A stretch of 64,000 nucleotides of DNA from Chloroflexota bacterium (GTDB taxonomy: Bacteria > Chloroflexota > UBA11872 > VXOZ01). Every line of letters starts with the position of its first letter. Positions within the stretch are counted from its first letter, which is position 1. This document shows, in pieces, positions 40,860-49,569 of the stretch. The position numbers and the translations under genes were made by a program. The stretch spans positions 64,001-128,000 of the forward strand of contig OZ219802.1 in assembly GCA_964291655.2 (NCBI GenBank). Reading direction: 5' to 3'. The notes beneath the pieces were generated by a model that worked only from the letters and a program-made list of their open reading frames with translations, ran no database searches and was not told where the DNA came from.

Positions 40860-42236
40860 ATGACATTTACGAGACGATCGTTGCTGGGCGCTGGCGCCGC
40901 AGCCGGTGGTGCTGCGTTGCTGGTCGCTTGCGGCACAGCGGCAACAACGGGCGCGCCGAAGGACGACATGGCCGAGGCGCCCAAGGCCGAGGAAAAGACC
41001 GAGATGATGGAGACGCCGGTCCTGAAGATCTCCAACTACCACGCGGAAGAAGATCCGCGCTGGAAGGCGCTCTCTGAGACCTTCGCGGTAGCTGAGGAAT
41101 CTCTCGGCATCACAATCGAGGCGACGCCCGACCGGACGTTTGACGGCGGTGTATTTGCCAAGCGCAACACTGAGTTTGCCGCTGGCGAGGCCGGTGTGGA
41201 CATCACTTACAACCAGGTAAACTGGGCGCTCAAGTGGGGTCTCACCGGAGTCATCGAGGAACTGACTCCCTATTTCGCCAAAGGCCCGCGCAGCAAAGAG
41301 GACTACTTTGCCGGCGAGCTGGTGAATTGGAGTTGGGGCCCGAACCTCTATGGCGTGCCCTTCCAGTCTGGCGGCGAGGTCTTCCACGTGAATAAGGACC
41401 TGCTCACCCAGGCCGGCGTTGACATGCCGCCCCCGGACTGGAGCTATGAAGACTTGCTGGACATGTCCCGCAAGCTCACCAATGAAGAAGATAAGAAATG
41501 GGCTCTGGTCATTTACCAGAACTACGTCTTCTACATGATGGGCACGTGGATGTACAATTTCGGCGGTCAGATCCTCAACGAGACAAAGGACAAGGCGGTC
41601 TATGGCACCGATCCGCTGTCTCTGGAAGGCGCTCAGTTCAACATCGACTTGGCGCTTAAGCACAGGGTGATCGCGCCGGGTGCAGAAGAAATTGGCGTCG
41701 AGTTTGCCACGGGCACCTATCACATAGAGAACCAATTCGCGGCGATGGAGAACAATGGCATTTACCGCCACAACGGTATCCGCCCGCACTTGGGCGAGGC
41801 CTTGGACTTCCTGCCCCCGCCAAAGGGTCTGGATCAGCGCGTAACCGTGCTGGGTAATGCCTACTCTATCCTGAGTCTCTCCGAGGCCAAGGACCTGGCG
41901 TGGGATTTCCTCAGTTGGTTCCACTCCGACGAGAGCATGCTGGAGACCCCGCACTTTGGTTCCATCGCTTGGCCGCCCGTCATCGAGTACGCCACGCATC
42001 CGGTATGGCTGGAGCCATTCAAGGGCACCCGCGTAACGGACGTGGTTGACGTGTGGATTTCCGGTGGACACGATGCCATGATCGTGCCCGAGGGCACCGA
42101 GGCTTGGGGCATTGACATCGAGTGGACACGCAAGGCGATCTCCGGTGAGGTCACCGTGCCTGAGGCATTCCGCTCGTCTGCCGAAGAGATGAACGTGCTC
42201 TTCAGCCAGCGTCCCCCCGAGTGGGCGATGACATAA
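40860..42236 (+). CDS. Tat lipoprotein, sugar-type extracellular solute-binding protein (family 1)
   Basis: AGGAGG RBS, TRRSLL Tat motif, LVAC lipobox, LYGVPF, NKDLL..AGV. Confidence 0.9.
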   Translation: MTFTRRSLLGAGAAAGGAALLVACGTAATTGAPKDDMAEAPKAEEKTEMMETPVLKISNYHAEEDPRWKALSETFAVAEESLGITIEATPDRTFDGGVFAKRNTEFAAGEAGVDITYNQVNWALKWGLTGVIEELTPYFAKGPRSKEDYFAGELVNWSWGPNLYGVPFQSGGEVFHVNKDLLTQAGVDMPPPDWSYEDLLDMSRKLTNEEDKKWALVIYQNYVFYMMGTWMYNFGGQILNETKDKAVYGTDPLSLEGAQFNIDLALKHRVIAPGAEEIGVEFATGTYHIENQFAAMENNGIYRHNGIRPHLGEALDFLPPPKGLDQRVTVLGNAYSILSLSEAKDLAWDFLSWFHSDESMLETPHFGSIAWPPVIEYATHPVWLEPFKGTRVTDVVDVWISGGHDAMIVPEGTEAWGIDIEWTRKAISGEVTVPEAFRSSAEEMNVLFSQRPPEWAMT

Positions 42237-42288
42237 GACTACGAAAGTTTGCCATTTAGAGGATATACTCTGAGTAGTCAAACGAGAC

Positions 42289-42322
42289 AGGAGGCAGCAA
42301 TATTGCTGCCTCCTACTTCTTT
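42289..42322 (+). terminator. Palindromic terminator-like hairpin
   Basis: Perfect 26-bp palindrome AGGAGGCAGCAATATTGCTGCCTCCT followed by ACTTCTTT. Confidence 0.7.
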
Positions 42323-42354
42323 AAAAGAGCGCATTTCTAAAGGAGGGTATTCAG

Positions 42355-43044
42355 GTGAGAAAAGAAACAGCTCTCTTTGGCCTGATTGGGCTCGTGGTAT
42401 TGCTGGCTCTATCCGCCGGCATCCTTACCGCCTTTACCGGCAACGACTCCGATGAACTGATCGTTGAGGTCACCATTACGAACTTGACCCGCGGACAGAC
42501 GATGACTTCCGTCTTTGTCGCGCGGCACGACGGGAGCGCCGCTCCGCTCTACACGTTGGGACAGCCTGCCAGCGACGGGTTGGCATCCATGGCGGAGGAT
42601 GGCAGCGCCTCCGGTCTGCTTGGGGCATGGGACCCGGACGAGAATAGCAGTGTCGCCGAAGCCCGAACAGCAGGCGGCCTGATTCGGCCCGGCCAGAGCG
42701 TTACCATATCGTTCAATGTTAGCGATGGGAAGCAATTGCTCTCCCTCGCCAGCATGTTGGTGTCTAAAAATGACGGCTTTATCGGCGCAAACAGCCTCGA
42801 CCTTTCCTCATCTAAGGTTGTCTACCTGAATGTCTACGACGCAGGCAGTGAAGGCAACAGTGAAAGCTGCGATTTCGTTCCGGGGCCTCCCTGCAACAGC
42901 CACAACGCCAGAGACACAGCAACTGCTGAAGGCTTTGTCCACGTTCATGCAGGCATCCACGGCGACGGAGGACTTGATCCCGCGCAACACGACTGGCGCA
43001 ACCCGGCCGCCAGGCTGGAAATCAAGACGTGGAAACGGATTTGA
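42355..43044 (+). CDS. Secreted spondin-domain (Spondin_N-like) protein
   Basis: VTITNLT, G.PASDGL..MAEDG, SMLV..NDGF, YDAGSE.N. Confidence 0.8.
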   Translation: MRKETALFGLIGLVVLLALSAGILTAFTGNDSDELIVEVTITNLTRGQTMTSVFVARHDGSAAPLYTLGQPASDGLASMAEDGSASGLLGAWDPDENSSVAEARTAGGLIRPGQSVTISFNVSDGKQLLSLASMLVSKNDGFIGANSLDLSSSKVVYLNVYDAGSEGNSESCDFVPGPPCNSHNARDTATAEGFVHVHAGIHGDGGLDPAQHDWRNPAARLEIKTWKRI

Positions 43045-43057
43045 TGGGAGTGGCCGT

Positions 43058-43144
43058 GCACTTTGTCAGAGCGTAGCCGCGCACTTTATCAGAGCGTAGC
43101 CGCGCACTTTATCAGAGCGTAGCCGGGCACTTTATCAGAGCGTA
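43058..43144. repeat. 23-bp tandem repeat, 3.8 copies
   Basis: gcactttatcagagcgtagccgc units at 43058, 43081, 43104, 43127; no spacers. Confidence 0.95.
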
Positions 43145-43317
43145 ACAGTAGGAGAAGAAGAATAGGGGGAGAAGATTGCGCAGCTCTTCCCCTATCTCGG
43201 AATGGGTTTGACGTACCTTTAAGATCAGAGCAAAGCGTGATACACTTGTCTAGGCTAACTGTAAGCACACCTAAACGTGCTTTGAATACGTAGTGGCCTA
43301 TTTCAAAGGAGTGTGCG

Positions 43318-44613
43318 ATGGCGAAGGTAGTAAGCAGAGAAGCGTTGGCGCTGGAAGGTGGACCAAAGGCCGTTACTGCTTCGACCAGTGATACGTGGGA
43401 ACGAGTCAGTCCATTGGAGAAGCAGTATGTGAATGCAGTGCTCGACGACTACGGCAGTGCTTATGACGAGATTGAAAAGTTCGAAGAGCAGTTCCGAGAC
43501 TTTGTCGGCACCCGCTACGCCTTGGCACACTGCAATGGCACGTCTACAATTCACGCGGCGGTATTTGCTTCCGGCGCCCGTCTGGGTAAAGAGGTGATCG
43601 TGCCGTCGGTGACGTGGCACGCGAGCATTACGCCAATCCTACACTGCGGCGCCACGCCGGTCTTTTGCGACATCGATCCGGAGACGTTTTGCGCCGACCC
43701 GGAAGACGTGCGTCGCAAGATCACGCCGAATACGTGCGCGATAATAGTCACTCACGTCTACGGCAACCCGGCGGACATGGACTCCTTCCGCGAGATGGTT
43801 GATGGCACGGACATCACGCTGATCGAAGATGCTTCCCACGCTCACGGCGGGACTTGGAATGGGCAGCAAGTCGGTTCGCTAGGTGACATAGGCTGCTTCA
43901 GCCTGCAGGGCAGCAAGGCCGTAACCGGCATAGAAGCCGGTGTCGCGACTACGAACTGTCCTGACCTCTATGACCGCATGCTTGCTTTGGGGCATTACGG
44001 CCGAACCGAGCGTATGTGGCAGACGGACGCGTTCAAATCGCTCCACAACATTGGACTAGGCGTAAAGTATCGCGCCAACCCGTTTGGGATGGCAATGGCA
44101 CGCGCGCAGCTAGAGCGCCTATCGGAATTGAACGAAATGCGCCTGTCGTGGTTCAAGAAGCTGGATGATCTCTTAGGGGAGATTCCGGGCATCCATCCCC
44201 AGAAAACCTATCCCGCGGCTGTGCGCGGCGGCCTCCTGCTTTACGCAGGGGTGATCGATCCCGTGGCAATCGGCGCGCCCGTGAACAGCGTGCTCAAGGC
44301 CCTCGTTGCAGAAGGGGTCAGCACGACCCCGGCGATCACACCGTTCGGTTATGGTGTGATGCACCTGGAACCGCTGTTCAATGACTTTTCGTTTGAAGAC
44401 TTAGGTGGCCCTTGGGGCGACTTGCCGTCAAACGCGCGCAAGCCGTTGCAGCGCGGTTCATTGCCGGTCAGCGAACGTGTGCACGACTCCTGTTTCTGGC
44501 TCTCAACGCCGGTTGATCCCAGCGATGAGTGGATTGAGCAGAATGCTGCAGCCTTCCGCAAGGTGGTTGAGCAGGGGCCGCGACTCGCGGAGGTCCTAAC
44601 CAAGGCCGGCTAA
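43318..44613 (+). CDS. DegT/DnrJ/EryC1/StrS PLP-dependent aminotransferase
   Basis: NGTS, GATPVFCDID, IEDASHAHG, FSLQGSK PLP lysine; AAAGGAG RBS. Confidence 0.93.
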   Translation: MAKVVSREALALEGGPKAVTASTSDTWERVSPLEKQYVNAVLDDYGSAYDEIEKFEEQFRDFVGTRYALAHCNGTSTIHAAVFASGARLGKEVIVPSVTWHASITPILHCGATPVFCDIDPETFCADPEDVRRKITPNTCAIIVTHVYGNPADMDSFREMVDGTDITLIEDASHAHGGTWNGQQVGSLGDIGCFSLQGSKAVTGIEAGVATTNCPDLYDRMLALGHYGRTERMWQTDAFKSLHNIGLGVKYRANPFGMAMARAQLERLSELNEMRLSWFKKLDDLLGEIPGIHPQKTYPAAVRGGLLLYAGVIDPVAIGAPVNSVLKALVAEGVSTTPAITPFGYGVMHLEPLFNDFSFEDLGGPWGDLPSNARKPLQRGSLPVSERVHDSCFWLSTPVDPSDEWIEQNAAAFRKVVEQGPRLAEVLTKAG

Positions 44614-44809
44614 GCCAATCGAACTATTCCTGAAAGTCGCCTCTTGCGTGGCGGTCCCACTTTGTGTCCCGACGCTGCGTGGTGGGCCAGTGATGGCCGC
44701 CAATTGATTGTGCCACCTGGGAAACCGTAGTTTGCAGTATCGCTTGACGATTTAGCGGCGGCCACGTTGCCACCAGTTCGAAGATGTCTAGTGAAGACTG
44801 GTCTGAGCC

Positions 44810-44849
44810 TGCACTCACTGCCCAATCGAAATGAAGGGCAGTGAGTGCA
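44810..44849. terminator. 14-bp inverted repeat, terminator-like
   Basis: TGCACTCACTGCCC-N12-GGGCAGTGAGTGCA followed by a T-rich tract. Confidence 0.55.
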
Positions 44850-45126
44850 ATTTTCATTCTTGCCCAAAGTGCTAGATTTGCAATCAAACATCCCGATCAA
44901 TCGAATCTTCGTATCGGTTCCAGCATGCCGAACCCTGCAGGCCAATGCAGGGAAGAGCCTGCGATGGTAGCATGAGAGTATGATCGTGTCACACGACTGT
45001 GTGACACAACTTTGACTCTTCCTCTGTTCGCTGCCAGCGCTCAAAGGGACACTTGCTTGAAGTGAATCCCATGTGCGGTGTAGCGTTAATCAAAGAAGCA
45101 CAAACTCCAAGAAAGCAACTTAGCGC

Positions 45127-45951
45127 ATGGCAACAGAAAACCCAGGGGTTTCGGACGAAACTCAAGAGGTGATGCCGGATGGAAGACATCCCGATGACGT
45201 AGCCGACCTCGACATGGAAATGACGCTCGGGGAGCACCTCACCGAGTTGAGGCGTCGCCTGCTCATTGCGGTGCTTTCCGTGCTCTTCTTTACCGTGATT
45301 GGCTTTATCTTCATCAGGCCAATCATGGACCTTCTCATTGCTCCGGCGCCGGATAACGTGACGACGCTCTACCAATTCTCCCCGACGGAGGGCATTTTCA
45401 CGTTCATGCGCGTCGCCATCATGGTGGGCGTCGCATGCGCGATGCCGATGCTCATCTATCAGATCGGTGCTTATGTATTGCCCGGTCTGACCCGACGCGA
45501 GCGCCGGTATCTTTATATGCTTGTTCCGACGTCGTCATTTGCATTTCTGGTGGGACTGGCATTCTGCTACTTCGTGGTACTGCGGTTTGCGTTGGGATTT
45601 CTGCTTGGGACGAATAGCTGGATATCCGATCAGGTGGAGAGTTTCCCATCAGTCTCGCTGTATGTGAACTTCGTAACGCGCATGTTGCTTGCGCTGGGGA
45701 TAGTCTTCCAGACACCCATATTCATCTACTTTCTGTCGGCAATAGGCATAGTCGATACACGGAAGCTCTCGCGCTGGCGGCCATTTGTTGTCGTAATCGT
45801 TGCCATAGTAGCTGCCGTTATTACGCCGACGCCGGACCCCTTTAACCAAGCGCTCGTTGCCGTTCCAATGTATCTTCTGTATGAAGTTGGCATCCTGTTG
45901 TCCCGTATCACCGGTCCGGTGACCCGACGCCGCTCACAGAGTGAAGACTAG
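45127..45951 (+). CDS. tatC: Twin-arginine translocase subunit TatC
   Basis: MTLGEHLTELRRRL, PGLTRRE, ITPTPDP, LLYEVGI. Confidence 0.96.
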   Translation: MATENPGVSDETQEVMPDGRHPDDVADLDMEMTLGEHLTELRRRLLIAVLSVLFFTVIGFIFIRPIMDLLIAPAPDNVTTLYQFSPTEGIFTFMRVAIMVGVACAMPMLIYQIGAYVLPGLTRRERRYLYMLVPTSSFAFLVGLAFCYFVVLRFALGFLLGTNSWISDQVESFPSVSLYVNFVTRMLLALGIVFQTPIFIYFLSAIGIVDTRKLSRWRPFVVVIVAIVAAVITPTPDPFNQALVAVPMYLLYEVGILLSRITGPVTRRRSQSED

Positions 45952-45956
45952 GCCGA

Positions 45957-46973
45957 TTAGGGCGCAGCTCCAAGAGACTGTGTGAATGCAAGGATGTCCC
46001 GGACTTCCTGGTCTGTGATCTGTTCTGGTAGATAGGGCGGCATAACGTCTGATGGCTCACGTACTGCATTGAGAAACTCAGCAAAGTCGAGACGCGTGCC
46101 GGCGAGAGTCGGGCCGATGCCGCCATCAGCTTGGAGTCCGTGACAGAGAACGCACCCAGCGGTACGGTATACGGATTCTCCCTCCACCGGACTGCCGTAT
46201 CCAAACGGAGGTACCGGAGCCGGCACCGGCGCTTGGGCGGGGGCAGGGATGAGATTCAGTTCTTTCGCCAAATCGCCCCCGTTGACGACTACCACTTCCC
46301 CTTCGCTCGCCCACGGTTGTTCGGTCTTCCAAAGTTGAAACGCCCGCCGTTGCGCGCGGAGGACTAGCACGAATCCATAGTCCCGGATGCTCATCGGTAG
46401 TCCATTGAACGTGATTGGGTCCAGTCCCTGTTGGCGTACTGCGAAGTATGCAGCCTTGATGGCTGCGTTTTCATCAAGCAGGGCGAGGTGATTGGTAACG
46501 ATCACGGGCCAGGGTTGTCCAAAGTCCTCTGCCCAGGTGTTGGATCTCGGGATAAACCGGCGGGTCTCTAGGAACGTGTCTGCTCCGGCGGCAGATAGTT
46601 CGTCGAAGAGATTCATCAGGCTCACGCTCTGGGTAGTCTCATCCCAAAGCAATATGCCCTTCTGAAATGCCTGTGCCACCAGGCCTTTGTAGGGGAATCG
46701 CTGTGATACCGGGTAGCCAAGGGCCTGGAAACCACCGAGTCTGCGATACGACGACCAGAAAAGCGCCTCTCTATCATCGATGACTGTGTAGCCAAGCTCT
46801 TGGCTGTCATCAGTGCCGTTGGTCTGGGTGTAGAAGTGACCCTTTGGAATCGCCCAATCGCGAACATCCTTCACGTCTGCTTGCACTCTTGCTGGAGCAG
46901 ACATGGTAAACAGAGCTACGATTGCGAGATGTAAAAGCAGTTGGGTGAGTCTCTTGAGGATCATTGGGCACAA
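45957..46973 (-). CDS. Secreted protein with Chloroflexi-type N-terminal domain and C-terminal monoheme cytochrome c
   Basis: Signal peptide, GHFYTQT..LGG..ALGYPVSQRF domain, Pro-Ala linker, CVLCH heme motif, distal MPPY. Confidence 0.8.
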   Translation of the reverse strand: MCPMILKRLTQLLLHLAIVALFTMSAPARVQADVKDVRDWAIPKGHFYTQTNGTDDSQELGYTVIDDREALFWSSYRRLGGFQALGYPVSQRFPYKGLVAQAFQKGILLWDETTQSVSLMNLFDELSAAGADTFLETRRFIPRSNTWAEDFGQPWPVIVTNHLALLDENAAIKAAYFAVRQQGLDPITFNGLPMSIRDYGFVLVLRAQRRAFQLWKTEQPWASEGEVVVVNGGDLAKELNLIPAPAQAPVPAPVPPFGYGSPVEGESVYRTAGCVLCHGLQADGGIGPTLAGTRLDFAEFLNAVREPSDVMPPYLPEQITDQEVRDILAFTQSLGAAP

Positions 46974-46982
46974 GGGGTGAGG

Positions 46983-47792
46983 TTAGGCTTGAGGTCGAGC
47001 GAGTAGATGAAGATAACGAGCAAGATACTTGTGCGGTGTGCGTGTTATAAGAGTCTGCTCCAAAGCGTAGGCGGCCTCCCATCCCTCCTGCTGTTCGAGA
47101 CAATCTTGAGATAGGTAGTCACATGCTACGCGCACACCTCGAACTGCCACACTGTGAAGACCTGCTTTGTCGAGCATCGCCACCAGCTCTTGCAACGAAT
47201 ACACGCGACGATAGCCGCCAAAGAGTGTCGCCGGGTGAACTGTCTTGTCGAGCATTTGCAGCGCCGCTTGTGGGTTCTGTTGGTTTACTACCGTGCGCAG
47301 CGGCTCTGCGTCCCGGTTTGCTACAGCCACGGAAACAACCCCATCGTCTTGGATGAGTTGGCGAATGCGTTGCAGAATTTCTTGCGGCCCAACAGCGTAT
47401 TCCAAAATATTGTGGCAAAGAACAGCGGAAAACTTGCTCCTTAGGTGTCGGGCCCGGAAATCCAAAACTGTGCCTTGCTGTACGCGGAGATTCTTGCGCA
47501 TGTCCTTCGCGAGGTCACGCTTTGCCTTTGCAGTTGCCAGGTCTAGCATGCCCTGAGCCGGGTCTAGCAACACCACGCGATGTCCTTGGGCAGCGAGACG
47601 AAGGGCGAATGCACCTGTGCCTCCACCAACGTCGAGCACGTAGTGGGGTGAGTCTGCCTGCTGCAAGTGATGTGCAAGCCCGGACCAGACCAGTTCGGTC
47701 CGCAATCGTCCGAGGGGACTCTGCAGATATTCTTCGAAGTTGGCCGCGTCGCGATCGAAGTGTTCGACCTCTCGGGCCGGCGGGGCTTTCAC
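46983..47792 (-). CDS. Class I SAM-dependent methyltransferase (CmoM/SmtA-like)
   Basis: GRLR N-motif, VLDVGGGTG, LCHNILEY, RGVRV..DY, ARYLHL. Confidence 0.85.
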   Translation of the reverse strand: MKAPPAREVEHFDRDAANFEEYLQSPLGRLRTELVWSGLAHHLQQADSPHYVLDVGGGTGAFALRLAAQGHRVVLLDPAQGMLDLATAKAKRDLAKDMRKNLRVQQGTVLDFRARHLRSKFSAVLCHNILEYAVGPQEILQRIRQLIQDDGVVSVAVANRDAEPLRTVVNQQNPQAALQMLDKTVHPATLFGGYRRVYSLQELVAMLDKAGLHSVAVRGVRVACDYLSQDCLEQQEGWEAAYALEQTLITRTPHKYLARYLHLLARPQA

Positions 47793-48082
47793 CTAAGACG
47801 CCTTTCTCGCTCGAGCATCTGTCCTTACCAGCTTACCTACACCACGTAGATTCTGCTAGTGCACTACAGAGAGATTTCCTTCTGCATTTCAAGGCGAGTG
47901 GGATAGCCCGCTTCGCCCTATCGAGCGATAGGCACCTTTCGTCGCCTGGAGGTTTCCGCATGGTTGACCAGGCAATCCTGTAACCCTCTGTCACGGTTGA
48001 GACTTTGTGGCTTGGAATAGGACTTGCTAGACTGTGGACAAGACAATGACCAGCTCGTATTTGAGTTGAAGCGAAGGGAGCA

Positions 48083-49354
48083 TTGGAGAGAGGAATGCTA
48101 CCGATAGCAGTGTTTCAGCCAGTAATTGGGATCTTGGGGCTCATCGCGCTGGCGTGGGCAATCAGCGAAAACCGCCGGGTATTTCCATGGCGAACGGCTG
48201 TGGCTGGGCTGGTCGTGCAATTCGGGCTCGCCCTATTGCTTTTGAAGGTCCCTAACTCACAAATTGTATTTGTCTGGATTGGCAACGGTGTGAGTGCGCT
48301 GGTCAGGGCGACTGAGGCCGGCACATTGTTCGTGTTCGGATTCCTAGGCGGCGGGCCGCCACCATTTGAGGAGACTTTTCCGGGCGCGTCGTTCGCGTTT
48401 GCTTTTCGCTCGCTGCCGCTCGTCGTTGTAATTGGCGCGCTTTCGGCAATCCTGTACCACTATCGGATTCTGCCCTGGGTGGTGAGAGGATTTGCTTGGG
48501 TCCTCAGAAAGACGCTGAAAATTGGCGGGGCGACAAGCTTTGCCACTGCTGCCAATATCTTTATCGGTATGGTTGAAGCGCCCTTGCTCGTGCGACCGTA
48601 CCTTGAACGCATGAGCCGCTCGGAACTCTTCATCGTGATGACGGGTGGCATGGCCACCGTCGCGGGGACTGTGTTCGCCCTCTACGTTACCCTTTTGGAT
48701 GGCATCATTCCCGATCCGGCAGGCCACGTACTCACTGCGTCCATCATCAGTGCCCCTGCCGCCATCATGATTGCGCTCATACTCGTTCCGCGGACAGGCG
48801 AGGAAGTTGACGACTCTAGAGTTGAATTTGAACGCATATACGAAAACGGCGCTGATGCCCTGACCCGCGGCACTATTGATGGCCTGCGGCTGTTCGCTTA
48901 CATCATCGGCATGTTGATTGTGCTGGTGGCATTTGTTGAATTGGCGAACATCATTTTGGAACTTGCGCCGCTGATCGCAGGCGAACCGCTGACTCTACAG
49001 AGAATTCTCGGCTGGACTCTCTCGCCGGTAGTGTGGGCGCTGGGCGTCCCCTGGGCAGAATCATTTACTGCCGGGCAACTGCTTGGCACGAAAGTAATCC
49101 TCAACGAGCTTCTAGCTTACGTCCAGATGTCGCAACTTCCCCCCGGCAGCTTGAGTGAGCGCAGCGCGTTGATCATGGCTTACAGCATCTGCGGTTTTGC
49201 AAACTTTGCCAGCCTGGGCATCATGATTGGCGGCATAGGCGCCATCGTCCCGGAGCGACGGCTGGAGATTGCAAACCTCGGTCTCAAGTCCATCCTGGCC
49301 GGCACAATGGCAACGTGCATGACGGGCGCAATTGCGGGACTGCTGTACTGGTAG
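48083..49354 (+). CDS. Concentrative nucleoside transporter (NupC/CNT family)
   Basis: ANIFIGMVEAP, GGMATVAG, KVILNE, CGFANF. Confidence 0.94.
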   Translation: MERGMLPIAVFQPVIGILGLIALAWAISENRRVFPWRTAVAGLVVQFGLALLLLKVPNSQIVFVWIGNGVSALVRATEAGTLFVFGFLGGGPPPFEETFPGASFAFAFRSLPLVVVIGALSAILYHYRILPWVVRGFAWVLRKTLKIGGATSFATAANIFIGMVEAPLLVRPYLERMSRSELFIVMTGGMATVAGTVFALYVTLLDGIIPDPAGHVLTASIISAPAAIMIALILVPRTGEEVDDSRVEFERIYENGADALTRGTIDGLRLFAYIIGMLIVLVAFVELANIILELAPLIAGEPLTLQRILGWTLSPVVWALGVPWAESFTAGQLLGTKVILNELLAYVQMSQLPPGSLSERSALIMAYSICGFANFASLGIMIGGIGAIVPERRLEIANLGLKSILAGTMATCMTGAIAGLLYW

Positions 49355-49490
49355 AGTCCCGGGCTAGAGAAGAACGAGAAGGCGAGGCAGCGATACGTGG
49401 AGCAAGAACGAATTCAAGTGCCCTGGGCGGTAGCGGCAAGACACCAAGAATATTGAGGTCATCCAGCAGGGTTTGCTAGACTGAGTATAC

Positions 49491-49566
49491 GACCCGGTAG
49501 CTCAGTTGGCAGAGCACCTGACTTTTAATCAGGGTGTCCTGGGTTCGAGCCCCAGCCGGGTCACCA
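49491..49566 (+). tRNA. tRNA-Lys (anticodon TTT)
   Basis: GACCCGG/CCGGGTC stem, CT-TTT-AA loop, GTTCGAG, ACCA. Confidence 0.97.
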
Positions 49567-49569
49567 AGT

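Noticed and set aside
40812-42281. 489-aa antisense ORF, and similar long shadow ORFs across the window
   Set aside because: They fully overlap well-supported genes on the opposite strand, are expected from high-GC codon bias, and have no motifs
43058-43144. CRISPR array or SAM-I riboswitch (TTATCAGAG resembles the SAM-I 5' end)
   Set aside because: The units are head-to-tail with no unique spacers, there are no cas genes, and no downstream SAM-I core is present
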